DNA of 38,177 nt from Minisyncoccota bacterium (GCA_021129655.1 JAJOLC010000043.1:1-38177); one strand, 5' to 3'; positions 7,482 through 17,080 are shown, numbered from the stretch's first letter. Numbers and translations: made by a program. Notes: generated by a model from the letters alone, not told the origin.

Positions 7482-9494
7482 CTAGTTAACTAGAGTTACA
7501 ACGTCAGTTCGGTAGTCAGTAGCTGGTAGAAGTGTTTCTGTAACATCATCAGTGTTAGTAGCAGTTCCAGTTTCATCAAAGATGATTGAACCTAGAAGTA
7601 GACGAGCTGCAGCACCTGTTGATGTAGAGTCGAATGTTACTTGCAATGTGAGTGTTTCAGTTTCACCTTCGTTGATTTCGAAGAATCCACCATTTTCATC
7701 TGCAGTTGATGTAAGAACTGGAGTTGCTGTACCTGCTACAACACTTCCTGAACCGTCAACAATAGAGAATGAAGTTGATGAAGCGTAATCTGTTGAGATT
7801 CGCACATCTTGTTCGAACGCAGTTACTTCTACGTCGATTTCGAATGTAGCGTAATCATCACCAGCATTGTCACCAGTAGTTACAACAGCTGAAGTATCAG
7901 TTGTTTCTGTAACGATACCAGTAGTTCGCAATGTGTGAGCATCACCAGTAGCAGCACCTGAAAGTTGACTGTTACCTAGGTCATCAGCTCCTTCAGCATC
8001 AGCGATAGCTGTTGTTAGAGAGTCGATAGAACCTGCTACAGTAGCACCTTCATCACCTGGAGCTAGAGACTTGAATCGAAGCATCAATTGAGCTTCTACT
8101 CGGTCACCAGCATCGATAGTAACGTCTCCGTCAACATCGAATGTAAGTACAGCTTCGTTTCCTGTAGCAACAACAGTTACGTCGTCGATAGTTACACCAT
8201 CGATAACTAGTTCTGCGTCATCTACAAGAACAGTGTAAGTTGCTCCAGTTGTAGCAACGTTTACAACAAGAGTGTTTAGCTCAATGTCGTTCACTGAATC
8301 ATCAGTATCTAGGTCAAATGAGAATACATTGTACCAGTCTGACTTTTTGTCATCTTCAACTTGGAAAGTTGTAGAATCTGGGTCGTTTGATGAAGACTTA
8401 GCGATAAGCTCATCTTCGTTTCCTTCTTCGTCAATAGTGAATGCTTCACCAACTGAGTCTCCAAGGTCGTCTGTTGATTCCTCTGTTGATGCAACACCGT
8501 CAGCATCGAAGAATCGAAGAGCGTCGAACTCGATAGTCCAAGCTTCTCCATCATTAACACCGTCAAGGTTGTTTTGTAGAGTAGCTGCAACAACGATTTC
8601 TACTTCTTCATCTTCCATTGCGATGATGTCAAGACCAGAGAATCGGAGTGAACCGTTATCTTCGTCTAGGTAATCATCTTCGTCATCTGCATTCTCTTCA
8701 GCAACTTTGTCGCCGTCGATCCATAGAGAGATAGTTTCGAACACGTCCCAAGGGTCTTGCTCGTCACCTGTTCCTTCTAGAGCTAGGTCGATACGTGAGA
8801 TTTCAGCGTCACCATTTGAAAATTCAATAGTAACTTCTGCAATTTCAGCGTCTTCTGCACCTTCTTCTAGTTCATCATCTGAAGCAGAGTCAGTTTCGAA
8901 TGTGTCAAGGTCAGCTTCTCCTGATAGAGAAACAGAACCGTTGCCTTCTTCTTCACCTTCTTCTTCACCTTCTTCACCTTCTTCACCTTCTTCACCTTCT
9001 TCTTCAGCTGGAGCTGATACACATAGTGCATTAGCCTTAGCTAGTGAAGATGGTCCGAAGAATCCTGTTGGATTCACTAGATTTGCTGGTGAAAGAATAT
9101 CTGAACGATACTTCACTTGGAACTTAGATACAGCGGCTGCTGTAGCTGGTCCGTAGTAAGGAGTTTCTAGTCCAGCTGAACCTGCTCCTGATACTCCCAC
9201 TCGAGTGTCAGCGTCAGCGTTTAGGAATTCCTGAAGCTTCATAACATCAGCTCCTTCTGTTCCTGTTGATAGACTTCGTGTCCATGTGTATGGACATACA
9301 CTTGCTGTCATCATTGATTCACCACCACCAATTTGTGATTGTAGACCAGCGATTTGAGCTAGTAGGTCATTGATCATTTGCTGTAGGTCTTCAGAGCTTT
9401 GTGCCTGCGCTGCAGGAGCAAATGCTGAAACAACCATAGCAGCTGCTACGAAAGCTACTGCGAGCTTCGAAGCGAATTCTTTTGTAAGAGTCAT
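7482..9494 (-). CDS. Secreted acidic S-layer-like protein with N-terminal peptidoglycan-binding-like domain
   Basis: Signal peptide ending AQA, short coiled coil, TRSLSTGTEGADVMKLQEFLN...YYGPATAAAVSKFQ...TGFFGP, then D/E/T-rich beta regions; strongly biased codons. Confidence 0.8.
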   Translation of the reverse strand: MTLTKEFASKLAVAFVAAAMVVSAFAPAAQAQSSEDLQQMINDLLAQIAGLQSQIGGGESMMTASVCPYTWTRSLSTGTEGADVMKLQEFLNADADTRVGVSGAGSAGLETPYYGPATAAAVSKFQVKYRSDILSPANLVNPTGFFGPSSLAKANALCVSAPAEEEGEEGEEGEEGEEEGEEEGNGSVSLSGEADLDTFETDSASDDELEEGAEDAEIAEVTIEFSNGDAEISRIDLALEGTGDEQDPWDVFETISLWIDGDKVAEENADDEDDYLDEDNGSLRFSGLDIIAMEDEEVEIVVAATLQNNLDGVNDGEAWTIEFDALRFFDADGVASTEESTDDLGDSVGEAFTIDEEGNEDELIAKSSSNDPDSTTFQVEDDKKSDWYNVFSFDLDTDDSVNDIELNTLVVNVATTGATYTVLVDDAELVIDGVTIDDVTVVATGNEAVLTFDVDGDVTIDAGDRVEAQLMLRFKSLAPGDEGATVAGSIDSLTTAIADAEGADDLGNSQLSGAATGDAHTLRTTGIVTETTDTSAVVTTGDNAGDDYATFEIDVEVTAFEQDVRISTDYASSTSFSIVDGSGSVVAGTATPVLTSTADENGGFFEINEGETETLTLQVTFDSTSTGAAARLLLGSIIFDETGTATNTDDVTETLLPATDYRTDVVTLVN
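8944..9006 (-). repeat. Tandem 9/12-nt repeat encoding an (EEG/EEEG)n linker
   Basis: Repeated ccttcttca units. Confidence 0.85.
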
Positions 9495-9930
9495 AACTAT
9501 AATTATCTGTAATGTGCGTAATTAACTACGCGTGTCTCTTGCGAGACTTATTTTGATAAGGTCTAATAATATGAATTAATTCATATTCGCAAACGGACTA
9601 TCAATCCATTTGTAATATCACTAAACTCCTTCTCTCAAACTTTTATTGAATGAGATAAGGAGACTAGCTGTAATGTCAGTCTGTGTGTCTGAGTGTCAGT
9701 TAGCTAAGGGATAAAGTAATGCGGTACCGGTCATCATATTCATATATATGAATATGATGACCGGGGTTTATTTTATATATGTGAAGACAGGTCTTTATAC
9801 CTACTTGTTATCAAAGAACACTCACAACGTTGAAGCCAAATTCTTGAGTAAAGGTGTCGTTATGCCTAACATATGACACTTGGCTCTACTTAGAAAAAAA
9901 GCGCTCCAGCGCAATACATAAATAGTAACA
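9495..9930 (-). promoter_or_regulatory. Promoter and ~420-nt structured 5' leader of the S-layer-like gene
   Basis: Extended -10 TGTTACTAT at 9930-9922, followed by a series of hairpins and two perfect palindromes (9727-9764, 9568-9587); no credible ORF. Confidence 0.55.
9727..9764. repeat. Perfect 38-bp palindrome
   Basis: ccggtcatcatattcatat|atatgaatatgatgaccgg. Confidence 0.9.
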
Positions 9931-10185
9931 TCTTTTAAACGATATAGGAGTTCACAGACTGTGGATACAATGGTGCTGTATAGCACTAAATGTATTCAAA
10001 ATTAACGTGAATTCGTAATAATCAAAGATGATTCTACGTAGTATCTCTGCTCTATATGACGACGCAACTAGGTCATTCTTACGAGCAAAACAAACTATGT
10101 AATATAAACAGTCAAAATGCAAGCTTATTGCAGGAAACAACCAAAAATCGTAAGTTCGCTAGGGGTGTGTAGGACCTGACTCAGA

Positions 10186-11133
10186 AGTCCATTAAAGGTC
10201 ATGGCTAGGACGGTTTGTGCCCTTTAAGACAACAAATGAAATTTTTATTGTCAGCACTCTCATCACTGTCTATTACTTTACAAGGACACTACTTAGACAC
10301 AGAGTATCTAGACCAGCGCCTTTCCCCTTCTCTCACTACTTGTCCTTTTTCTATAAGACTATTAAGTTCACGCTGGATAGTCTTTTCACTTACATCTGTT
10401 ACTACTTCGGAAATGTCTTTAACCGTTGCTTGAGGCTTAGCTTCAAGGACTGTCTTTATTCGATCAGCTCTGTCGGTTAACTGGCTGTAAACCAGGTAAG
10501 CGTCCGTACTGATATCTCCAGCTGGGATACTGACTCGCTTTTGTCTCGAGGCGTTTCTACCACCAGACTTAGTTTGAGCTTTGGCTGACATCTTTGTTAC
10601 GACCGTTTCTGTTAATTCCTCGACAGAGATACCTTGGTTATTTAAGTAATGATTATTGATTAAGCGCAACACTGAATCTATCTGATCTGACAACAGCATC
10701 ATTATGTCTTGCGGGATCATCCCGGCCATCTGAGCCACCTTGAGGGTACTTTCTAGAGCCACTAGTCCGTACTGAAAATCTAACAGTCCTTCTGACTGTT
10801 GATGGGGCTGAAGTGGCAGTGTCGCTAAAGACAGTTCGTGTGTCTTTAATGCCCTGTCTCTAATAGACTGTATGTGTGTGTCTATACTGGGAGTTACATG
10901 TATCTCGGACAAGATATAAAAAGTAACGGACACAACCTTCTCTGTCTTTTTAAAGACATTATTATAATAGTTACTATCAGACGATAGTCTTTTTAGTTGT
11001 ATGGAATTGTCTTTTTCTGTTTGCATAGTTCTGCCTGTTCTTTACAGTTTATTAAAGACTAAGTTTGAGTTGTACTTAACTACTACTATAGAGACATTTA
11101 AGGACTTTGCAAGCCTCGCTGGCATCTAGGACA
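10186..11133. repeat. Dispersed array of RGACW/WGTCY motifs (candidate protein-binding sites)
   Basis: Hand count of 20 RGACA/TGTCY plus 11 RGACT/AGTCY in ~950 nt; includes the palindrome tgtcttt-tt-aaagaca (10943-10958). Confidence 0.6.
10289..11026 (-). CDS. Helical protein with C-terminal DeoR-like winged HTH
   Basis: C-terminus RIKTVLEAKPQATVKDISEVVTDVSEKTIQRELNSLIEKGQVVREGERRWSRY. Confidence 0.75.
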   Translation of the reverse strand: MQTEKDNSIQLKRLSSDSNYYNNVFKKTEKVVSVTFYILSEIHVTPSIDTHIQSIRDRALKTHELSLATLPLQPHQQSEGLLDFQYGLVALESTLKVAQMAGMIPQDIMMLLSDQIDSVLRLINNHYLNNQGISVEELTETVVTKMSAKAQTKSGGRNASRQKRVSIPAGDISTDAYLVYSQLTDRADRIKTVLEAKPQATVKDISEVVTDVSEKTIQRELNSLIEKGQVVREGERRWSRYSVSK

Positions 11134-11220
11134 GCTTTCTATACCGCCACCAAATTACTGCCGCACATGATATTATGTGTGTATCTATTACTGAATATTT
11201 TGATTGATTGAATTAGCTAT

Positions 11221-13440
11221 ATGGCCCGAAAGAAAAGAAAACTAAAAAAGAACAAGACTCCGATGTTTGATGATTTGTCTCCACACGCACGCCAAGCTAT
11301 CTGGGCTGTGGTGATGGGTATCTTGGCGGTCTTCTTCTTGTTCTCGTTGCTCGACTACGCTGGACCGGCTGGTGAGTACACTGAGATTACCCTGCGCATA
11401 TTATTTGGAACTGGTGCTTGGCTGGCTCCGCTTGTGTGTAGTGTATATATATTTGTATTACTAAATCCTCAAGAAGAAACTGAAGAAGTGAGCCGTTCCA
11501 AGGTAATTGGAACTGTGTTGTTGTTCATATCTCTTTTGGGAGGGCTGGAGTTGTATCAGGCTGAGCTTGGAGGTGTGGTGGGTCTAGCTTTGTCTTGGCC
11601 GCTAGCTGCCATGCTTGGTTCGGCTGTAACTGGAATTCTTATTTTTGGCCTAGTACTTATTTCTGTATTTCTACTTTTCAATACTGGTCTCAAGATACCA
11701 TTCCGAAACAAGTCTGAAAAAGCGCTCGAAGACGACAGCGACATTGAGGCCCTAGACCTGCCAGAAAGCGAGTCTGGTGCAGAAACACATGGAGAAGGTG
11801 AGGAAGACGCAGAAGACGGCGGGATTACCGCTGCTGTTACAAAACGAGTAGCGAAGCTAGGCAAACTGAGCCAGAACGAAATTGTTATCAAAAACTTCAG
11901 CGGTACATATATCACCCCTTCTCTATCATTACTCAATAAGGAAAAAAGTAAGGCACAAATCGGTGACGTTAAAGCCAACGCCAACACTATCAAAAGGACA
12001 CTTAAAGAATTTGGTATCAGTGTAGAAATGGACGCGGTTGAAAGTGGACCTACTATTACCCGTTACGCTCTGAAGCCAGCTCAAGGAGTAAAGATTTCTC
12101 GTATTGTTGGTTTGCAACAAGAGCTGCAACTGGCTCTGAAGGCTAGCACGATTCGTATCGAAGCTCCGATTCCCGGCAAGTCATTAGTAGGTATTGAAGT
12201 ACCTAATGAAGTGCGCGCTACTGTCGGCCTAGCCTCAATGTTGGCCAACCCTGAATACACCGACTCACCTAACCCACTGATGGTGGCCCTTGGAAAGGAC
12301 GTAACTGGAAATGTTCACTTCACCAACGTTGCTAGAATGCCTCACGGCCTGATTGCTGGTACTACCGGAGCTGGTAAGTCAGTAGCGATTCACAACATCA
12401 TCATCTCTCTACTTTACAGAAACTCTCCAGAACAACTTCGATTTATTTTGGTTGACCCTAAACGAGTAGAACTTACCCTTTACAACAAAATTCCTCATCT
12501 TCTAACCCCTGTTATCACTCAAGCTAAGAAAGCTATCCAGTCGTTATCTTGGGCAATCAAAGAAATGGAACGACGGTATGACATTCTTCAGTCTGAAAGT
12601 AAGCAGAATATCGCTTCTTATCACGAAGGTGTGTACAAGCCAGCCAAGGAGGCGTGGGAGAAAGATGGAGCTAAAGAGGAGGACCGAGCGAATCTACCAG
12701 AAGCTCTGCCTTACATCGTAATCATTCTTGATGAGCTCAATGACATCATGCAGGCTTACCCGCGAGAACTTGAAGCCAGTATCGTACGACTAGCTCAAAT
12801 GAGTCGAGCGGTAGGTATTCACCTTATTCTGGCTACCCAACGGCCATCAGTTAATGTTATTACCGGAACAATTAAAGCCAACGTACCAACCCGTATTGCT
12901 CTTATGGTAGCTTCTCAGATTGACTCTAGAACTATTATCGATGGTACCGGTGCCGAAAAACTACTTGGACAAGGCGACATGCTCTACCTATCGTCGGACA
13001 ACCCTAAACCTGTCCGACTCCAATCTGCTTACGTGTCAGAAGACGAGATAAAAGAGGTTGTTTCCTACCTAAGGGACCAAGATGCTGGTACTCCAGACAC
13101 TATCGACTTCGACGACAAGGACGAGAATGGTAGCGACGCAGTCTTCAGTTCATTCGTGGGGGGAAATGACACAGACGACGATATGTATGACGAAGCCAAA
13201 CAAACCGTTATTGAGGCTGGTAAGGCTTCAACCTCATATATCCAACGAAAACTTCGGGTTGGTTACTCCCGAGCAGCTCGCCTGATAGATCTGTTAGAAG
13301 AAAATGGTGTTATCGGTCCCGCTAATGGCTCTAAGCCACGTGAGATTCTCACAGTCGAAGCGGAAGAAGCGACCGAGGAAACTGAATATGAGAATGATGA
13401 AGAAAAGGCTGATGAGAACGAGCCGATTGAAAGGTTGTAA
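11221..13440 (+). CDS. ftsK: DNA translocase FtsK/SpoIIIE
   Basis: N-terminal 4TM, RIEAPIPGK, Walker A GTTGAGKS, ATQRPS, gamma domain STSYIQRKLRVGYSRAARLID. Confidence 0.95.
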   Translation: MARKKRKLKKNKTPMFDDLSPHARQAIWAVVMGILAVFFLFSLLDYAGPAGEYTEITLRILFGTGAWLAPLVCSVYIFVLLNPQEETEEVSRSKVIGTVLLFISLLGGLELYQAELGGVVGLALSWPLAAMLGSAVTGILIFGLVLISVFLLFNTGLKIPFRNKSEKALEDDSDIEALDLPESESGAETHGEGEEDAEDGGITAAVTKRVAKLGKLSQNEIVIKNFSGTYITPSLSLLNKEKSKAQIGDVKANANTIKRTLKEFGISVEMDAVESGPTITRYALKPAQGVKISRIVGLQQELQLALKASTIRIEAPIPGKSLVGIEVPNEVRATVGLASMLANPEYTDSPNPLMVALGKDVTGNVHFTNVARMPHGLIAGTTGAGKSVAIHNIIISLLYRNSPEQLRFILVDPKRVELTLYNKIPHLLTPVITQAKKAIQSLSWAIKEMERRYDILQSESKQNIASYHEGVYKPAKEAWEKDGAKEEDRANLPEALPYIVIILDELNDIMQAYPRELEASIVRLAQMSRAVGIHLILATQRPSVNVITGTIKANVPTRIALMVASQIDSRTIIDGTGAEKLLGQGDMLYLSSDNPKPVRLQSAYVSEDEIKEVVSYLRDQDAGTPDTIDFDDKDENGSDAVFSSFVGGNDTDDDMYDEAKQTVIEAGKASTSYIQRKLRVGYSRAARLIDLLEENGVIGPANGSKPREILTVEAEEATEETEYENDEEKADENEPIERL

Positions 13441-13450
13441 TAATTAGACA

Positions 13451-13831
13451 ATGACTGAATCAGTCCCATTTAGAACGGTAGTAAAATTCGCTATTTTGGC
13501 CATCGGTCTACTGGGTGTCATAATTTACCTAACCTTTCAGGCAAGGTATCTGATAATAGGACCCGGTATATCTTTAACCGAACAACAGACACTACTTCAA
13601 AACCAGCGTCAGGTGGAACTGACAGGCTCTGCTTACAACATATCTCACCTCTGGTTGAATGATCGGCCAATTTATACCGATGCTCAGGGAAATTTCAAGG
13701 AGGCATTAGTCTTGGAAAACGGATATACTATAGCTACTCTTAGAGCTGAAGATAGATACGGAAGAGAAACCACAGTGACTCAAGAGTTTGTCTATACCCC
13801 AGCAAGTTTCCTTGAGGAGAAACATTATTGA
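13451..13831 (+). CDS. Membrane-anchored hypothetical protein with Ig-like domain
   Basis: N-terminal TM; GNFKEALVLENGYTIATLRAEDRYG beta-sandwich pattern; lies in the ftsK-recA operon. Confidence 0.7.
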   Translation: MTESVPFRTVVKFAILAIGLLGVIIYLTFQARYLIIGPGISLTEQQTLLQNQRQVELTGSAYNISHLWLNDRPIYTDAQGNFKEALVLENGYTIATLRAEDRYGRETTVTQEFVYTPASFLEEKHY

Positions 13832-13865
13832 GCGAAGAATTTTATTCTAATAAGCACTAAACACC

Positions 13866-14954
13866 ATGGCAGCAAAAGCAAAAAAGGCACCGAAGGAAGT
13901 CAAAGCAAAAAAATCTACTAAAGAAGAAAAGTCAGACGCTAAAGGAACTGACCAGATTTCTGAAACTCTACGCAGCATCAAAACTAAGTTTGGAGACGAC
14001 GCAATCATGACTCTAGACCAAAGTAAGAAAGTAGATATTGCGGCGATTCAGACTGGTTCAATTGGTTTAGACGAGGCACTTGGTATTGGCGGATATCCTC
14101 GAGGACGAATCCTGGAAATCTACGGACCTGAGTCTTCTGGTAAAACCACCCTGGCTCTTCATGCAGTTGCAGAGGCTCAAAAAGGTGGAGGTATCTGTGC
14201 TTTCATTGATGCTGAGCATGCTATGGACCCTGTTTATGCTGGTAACTTGGGAGTTAAGCTGGACGAACTCCTAATCTCTCAGCCAGACAACGGCGAGCAA
14301 GCTCTAGAAATTGTTGAGTCACTGGTACGCTCTGGAAAACTCGATGTTATCGTAATCGATTCAGTGGCTGCTCTAACTCCTCGTGATGAAATTGAAGGAG
14401 AAATGGGGGCACACCACGTAGGAAAACAGGCCCGACTAATGAGTCAAGCCTTACGAAAACTAACTGGCATCGTAGCCAAAAGTAAGACAGTGGTCATCTT
14501 CATCAACCAGATTCGTATGCAGATTGGGGTTATGTTTGGTAACCCTGAAACTACCCCCGGTGGAAAAGCCCTTAAATTCTATACTTCTGTCCGACTTGAT
14601 ATTCGACGTATCGCTCAAATCAAGAAGGGTGACGAAGTGGTTGGAGGACGACACCGAGTTAAAGTAGTAAAGAATAAGGTCGCTTCCCCTTTCCGAACTA
14701 CAGAGTTCGACCTAATCTACGGAGAAGGAATCAGTCGTGAAGGTGAAATTCTCGCTCTTGGTGAAAAGTATGGAATGGTAGCCAAGGCTGGAGCTTCATA
14801 CTCTTACACTCCTCCCGGAGGTGATGAGTCCACTATTGTTAAACTTGGTCGGGGTTATGACGCAGCCCGAAAGTCCCTTAAATCTGACAAGAAACTAAAA
14901 AACGAAATTCTGAAGAATATCCGAAAGGAACTAAAAGCTGAGGCTGATAAATAG
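13866..14954 (+). CDS. recA: Recombinase RecA
   Basis: [44 protein letters not shown]. Confidence 0.98.
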   Translation: MAAKAKKAPKEVKAKKSTKEEKSDAKGTDQISETLRSIKTKFGDDAIMTLDQSKKVDIAAIQTGSIGLDEALGIGGYPRGRILEIYGPESSGKTTLALHAVAEAQKGGGICAFIDAEHAMDPVYAGNLGVKLDELLISQPDNGEQALEIVESLVRSGKLDVIVIDSVAALTPRDEIEGEMGAHHVGKQARLMSQALRKLTGIVAKSKTVVIFINQIRMQIGVMFGNPETTPGGKALKFYTSVRLDIRRIAQIKKGDEVVGGRHRVKVVKNKVASPFRTTEFDLIYGEGISREGEILALGEKYGMVAKAGASYSYTPPGGDESTIVKLGRGYDAARKSLKSDKKLKNEILKNIRKELKAEADK

Positions 14955-14963
14955 CCTCTATAA

Positions 14964-15004
14964 AGTAAAAGGCCTGGCTCACATAGTGAGCCAGGCCTTT
15001 TACT
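14964..15004. terminator. Bidirectional intrinsic terminator
   Basis: 19-bp perfect stem agtaaaaggcctggctcac-ata-gtgagccaggccttttact between convergent genes. Confidence 0.85.
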
Positions 15005-15016
15005 AAAGTTAGTTAT

Positions 15017-15358
15017 TTACACTTGATACATAACGATGGCTTTTGGAGCTAGTGCTTGAGTAAGTTTATACCCACACGACATGGTCACTACTCCAGCCAA
15101 CATAAACATAACAACTGTCACCACTTCACCTTGAGTGGCCGCAGCAAAAAAAGAATTAGCAACGTATTGTGGCACATGTCCAACTGGCACAGCAAGTACA
15201 TTTTTGACAATACTGGCCACATGCAACCACTTCGCTAGGAGCAAGGCTGATACACTCAAGAAAACACCCTGCCAAAAGACAACATGAGTGAATATATCTA
15301 CAGCATAACTGTAGTACACGCGACGCATAATATTTGAATGTATTTTTATTGACTCCAT
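15017..15358 (-). CDS. Membrane protein, putative anti-sigma factor
   Basis: 113 aa, 2-3 TM, IMRRV motif near the N-terminus; directly downstream of the ECF sigma. Confidence 0.6.
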   Translation of the reverse strand: MESIKIHSNIMRRVYYSYAVDIFTHVVFWQGVFLSVSALLLAKWLHVASIVKNVLAVPVGHVPQYVANSFFAAATQGEVVTVVMFMLAGVVTMSCGYKLTQALAPKAIVMYQV

Positions 15359-15365
15359 ACTCTTA

Positions 15366-15394
15366 TATACTATTCATTCATGAAAAAAGTTACA
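15366..15394 (-). promoter_or_regulatory. Putative ECF-sigma promoter TGTAAC-N17-AGTATA
   Basis: -35 TGTAAC followed by a T-tract, -10 AGTATA, ATG 7 nt later; resembles SigX/SigW/SigM-type promoters. Confidence 0.5.
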
Positions 15395-15418
15395 TGTACT
15401 TGAGAGTGACTCTTGGAA

Positions 15419-16009
15419 CTACATTAACGCTTCTGCTTCTCCATTCTTAGACTCTTTTTTGAATGCCGCCTTAGCTCGATGAATACGTGCTTTGATTGTA
15501 CCCACATTCTCCTCAGTCTTGTTAGCGATATCTTTATGTGACCAACGATCTAAGTAATGCAGCCTGAGAACTAAGGAAAAGTGTCCTGGTAGTCTGTCTA
15601 GAATTCTATCAACTCCGTCTCTCCTTTCTTCAAATCCACTGTGCTCCTTCTCTTCCCCAAACAACTGTTCATACTCTGGATCAATATGACTAAACCGCTG
15701 GCCGTCTTTAACTACTTTTTGGTATCTAGTGAAGGCAGTGTTCATTAAAATTCTGTACGCCCAAGAAGAAAACTTGGCTCCTGCCTGAGGCTCATATCGA
15801 TGAGCGTTAACATAAATCTTTGTAAAAGCGTCCTGTACCACCTCTTCAGCATCAAGAGGGTTATGGATGATTGACCGTGCCTTGCGTAGAAATGGCTCTT
15901 GGTAACGGTTCACTAAAACAGAATACAACCAAGGCGACGATTGTGACTTCATTAAAATATCCTCGTCGCTCCAGTCCGAAGCATCTTCATTAGTAGTGAT
16001 TCCAAGCAT
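15419..16009 (-). CDS. ECF (sigma-70 group 4) RNA polymerase sigma factor
   Basis: DAEEVVQDAFTKIY, FSSWAYRI (region 2); SHKDIA...GTIKARIHRAK (region 4). Confidence 0.92.
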   Translation of the reverse strand: MLGITTNEDASDWSDEDILMKSQSSPWLYSVLVNRYQEPFLRKARSIIHNPLDAEEVVQDAFTKIYVNAHRYEPQAGAKFSSWAYRILMNTAFTRYQKVVKDGQRFSHIDPEYEQLFGEEKEHSGFEERRDGVDRILDRLPGHFSLVLRLHYLDRWSHKDIANKTEENVGTIKARIHRAKAAFKKESKNGEAEALM

Positions 16010-16196
16010 ATTACTTTCATATTATCACTTTTATAATTCTGGGTAAGTTGCGCATTTTTTCTTTCAAGGTAGTATTTGAGTTACTAATTACTAATCTTAG
16101 TTAGGTGACTTACTTCGTCGTCCAGCAATTCGCCCTAGGTCAGGGGCGAATTGGGACATAAATTCATAATAAGCCCTTTGGGCATTTATTCATTCA

Positions 16197-16772
16197 ATGG
16201 CAAAAATAGAATACAACCAAATACTTCCTAAGAAAACTGTAGAAATGAACGGTGATCCTTATTTAGTAATCTCCTCGCACATTGCTAAAAAGGACCGACA
16301 GAAGGCCAGTAATAACGTACGAATGAAAAATCTACGGACTGGTCATGTTATCGACAAGACTTTTCACCAGTCTGACATACTGAAAGATGCTGACATTCTT
16401 AAACGAGAAGTTAAATATCTGTACTCTAGTAAAGGAGAATTCTGGTTCTGTGAACCAAACAACCCGCGTGAGCGATTTAGTTTAGAAGCTGAGGTGGTTG
16501 GCGAACTTGATCTCTTCGTGACTGAAAATAATCTAGTTGAAGCAATTGTATTCAATGATGAAATCATGAGTATCGTGACTCCTATAAAAGTATCCCTTAA
16601 AGTAAAAGAAGCTCCTGACGCAGTCAAAGGCAATACTTCAAGCGGAGCAACCAAAGAAGTGATGATGGAGACAGGACTCACTATTCAAGCTCCACAGTTT
16701 ATTAATCGCGGAGACACGCTACGAATCAATACCGAAAATAAAGAGTACTCTGAACGAGCAGAGAAAGCATAG
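16197..16772 (+). CDS. efp: Elongation factor P
   Basis: RMKNLRTG, YLY, VKGNTSSGATKEVMMETGLTIQAPQFINRGD, INTE...Y.ERA. Confidence 0.9.
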   Translation: MAKIEYNQILPKKTVEMNGDPYLVISSHIAKKDRQKASNNVRMKNLRTGHVIDKTFHQSDILKDADILKREVKYLYSSKGEFWFCEPNNPRERFSLEAEVVGELDLFVTENNLVEAIVFNDEIMSIVTPIKVSLKVKEAPDAVKGNTSSGATKEVMMETGLTIQAPQFINRGDTLRINTENKEYSERAEKA

Positions 16773-16774
16773 GC

Positions 16775-16817
16775 AAACAAAAAGAGCGGCTCCCGAAGGG
16801 AGCCGCTCTTTTTGTTT
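16775..16817. terminator. Bidirectional intrinsic terminator (efp/rpsR)
   Basis: 20-bp perfect stem aaacaaaaagagcggctccc-gaa-gggagccgctctttttgttt. Confidence 0.9.
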
Positions 16818-16818
16818 C

Positions 16819-17025
16819 TTAATGCTGGATGTACGGCATTAGAGACATGAAACGTGCTCGCTTGATTGCTCGTGCGAAGTTTCGCTGCCCCTTAGCTGAT
16901 AGTCCTGTCCGACGACGGCTCATCATTCGAGCGTGTGGATTTACATGATTATTAAGACGTGTGATGTCCTTAAAATCGATGTGGTGCATTGGTGGGTTTA
17001 CGGTCTGTGTTTGTTCTTCAGTCAT
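16819..17025 (-). CDS. rpsR: 30S ribosomal protein S18 (Cys-less form)
   Basis: IDFKD...RRRTGLSAKGQRNFARAIKRARFMSLMPY; start moved to ATG 17025 (MTEEQ). Confidence 0.93.
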   Translation of the reverse strand: MTEEQTQTVNPPMHHIDFKDITRLNNHVNPHARMMSRRRTGLSAKGQRNFARAIKRARFMSLMPYIQH

Positions 17026-17080
17026 GATTTTTATAATTAGATAATAGGAGTGTTTCGGGTAGACGATTTTTCTAGAACTA

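Noticed and set aside
9690..9712. CCCUUAGCUAAC (minus strand) resembling the c-di-AMP (ydaO) riboswitch 3' motif
   Set aside because: The upstream GCUGAA and GGGGA..C elements were not found.
10216..10235. tgtgccctttaagacaacaa matches the reverse complement of 3079-3102 with a 4-nt gap
   Set aside because: A gapped 10+10 match in AT-rich DNA is plausible by chance, and it sits inside the RGACW array.
11158..11185. gcacat-gatatt-atgtgt next to ftsK as a possible dif site
   Set aside because: The XerD arm TTATGTTAAAT is poorly matched; it is better explained as a -10 element and small hairpin for ftsK.
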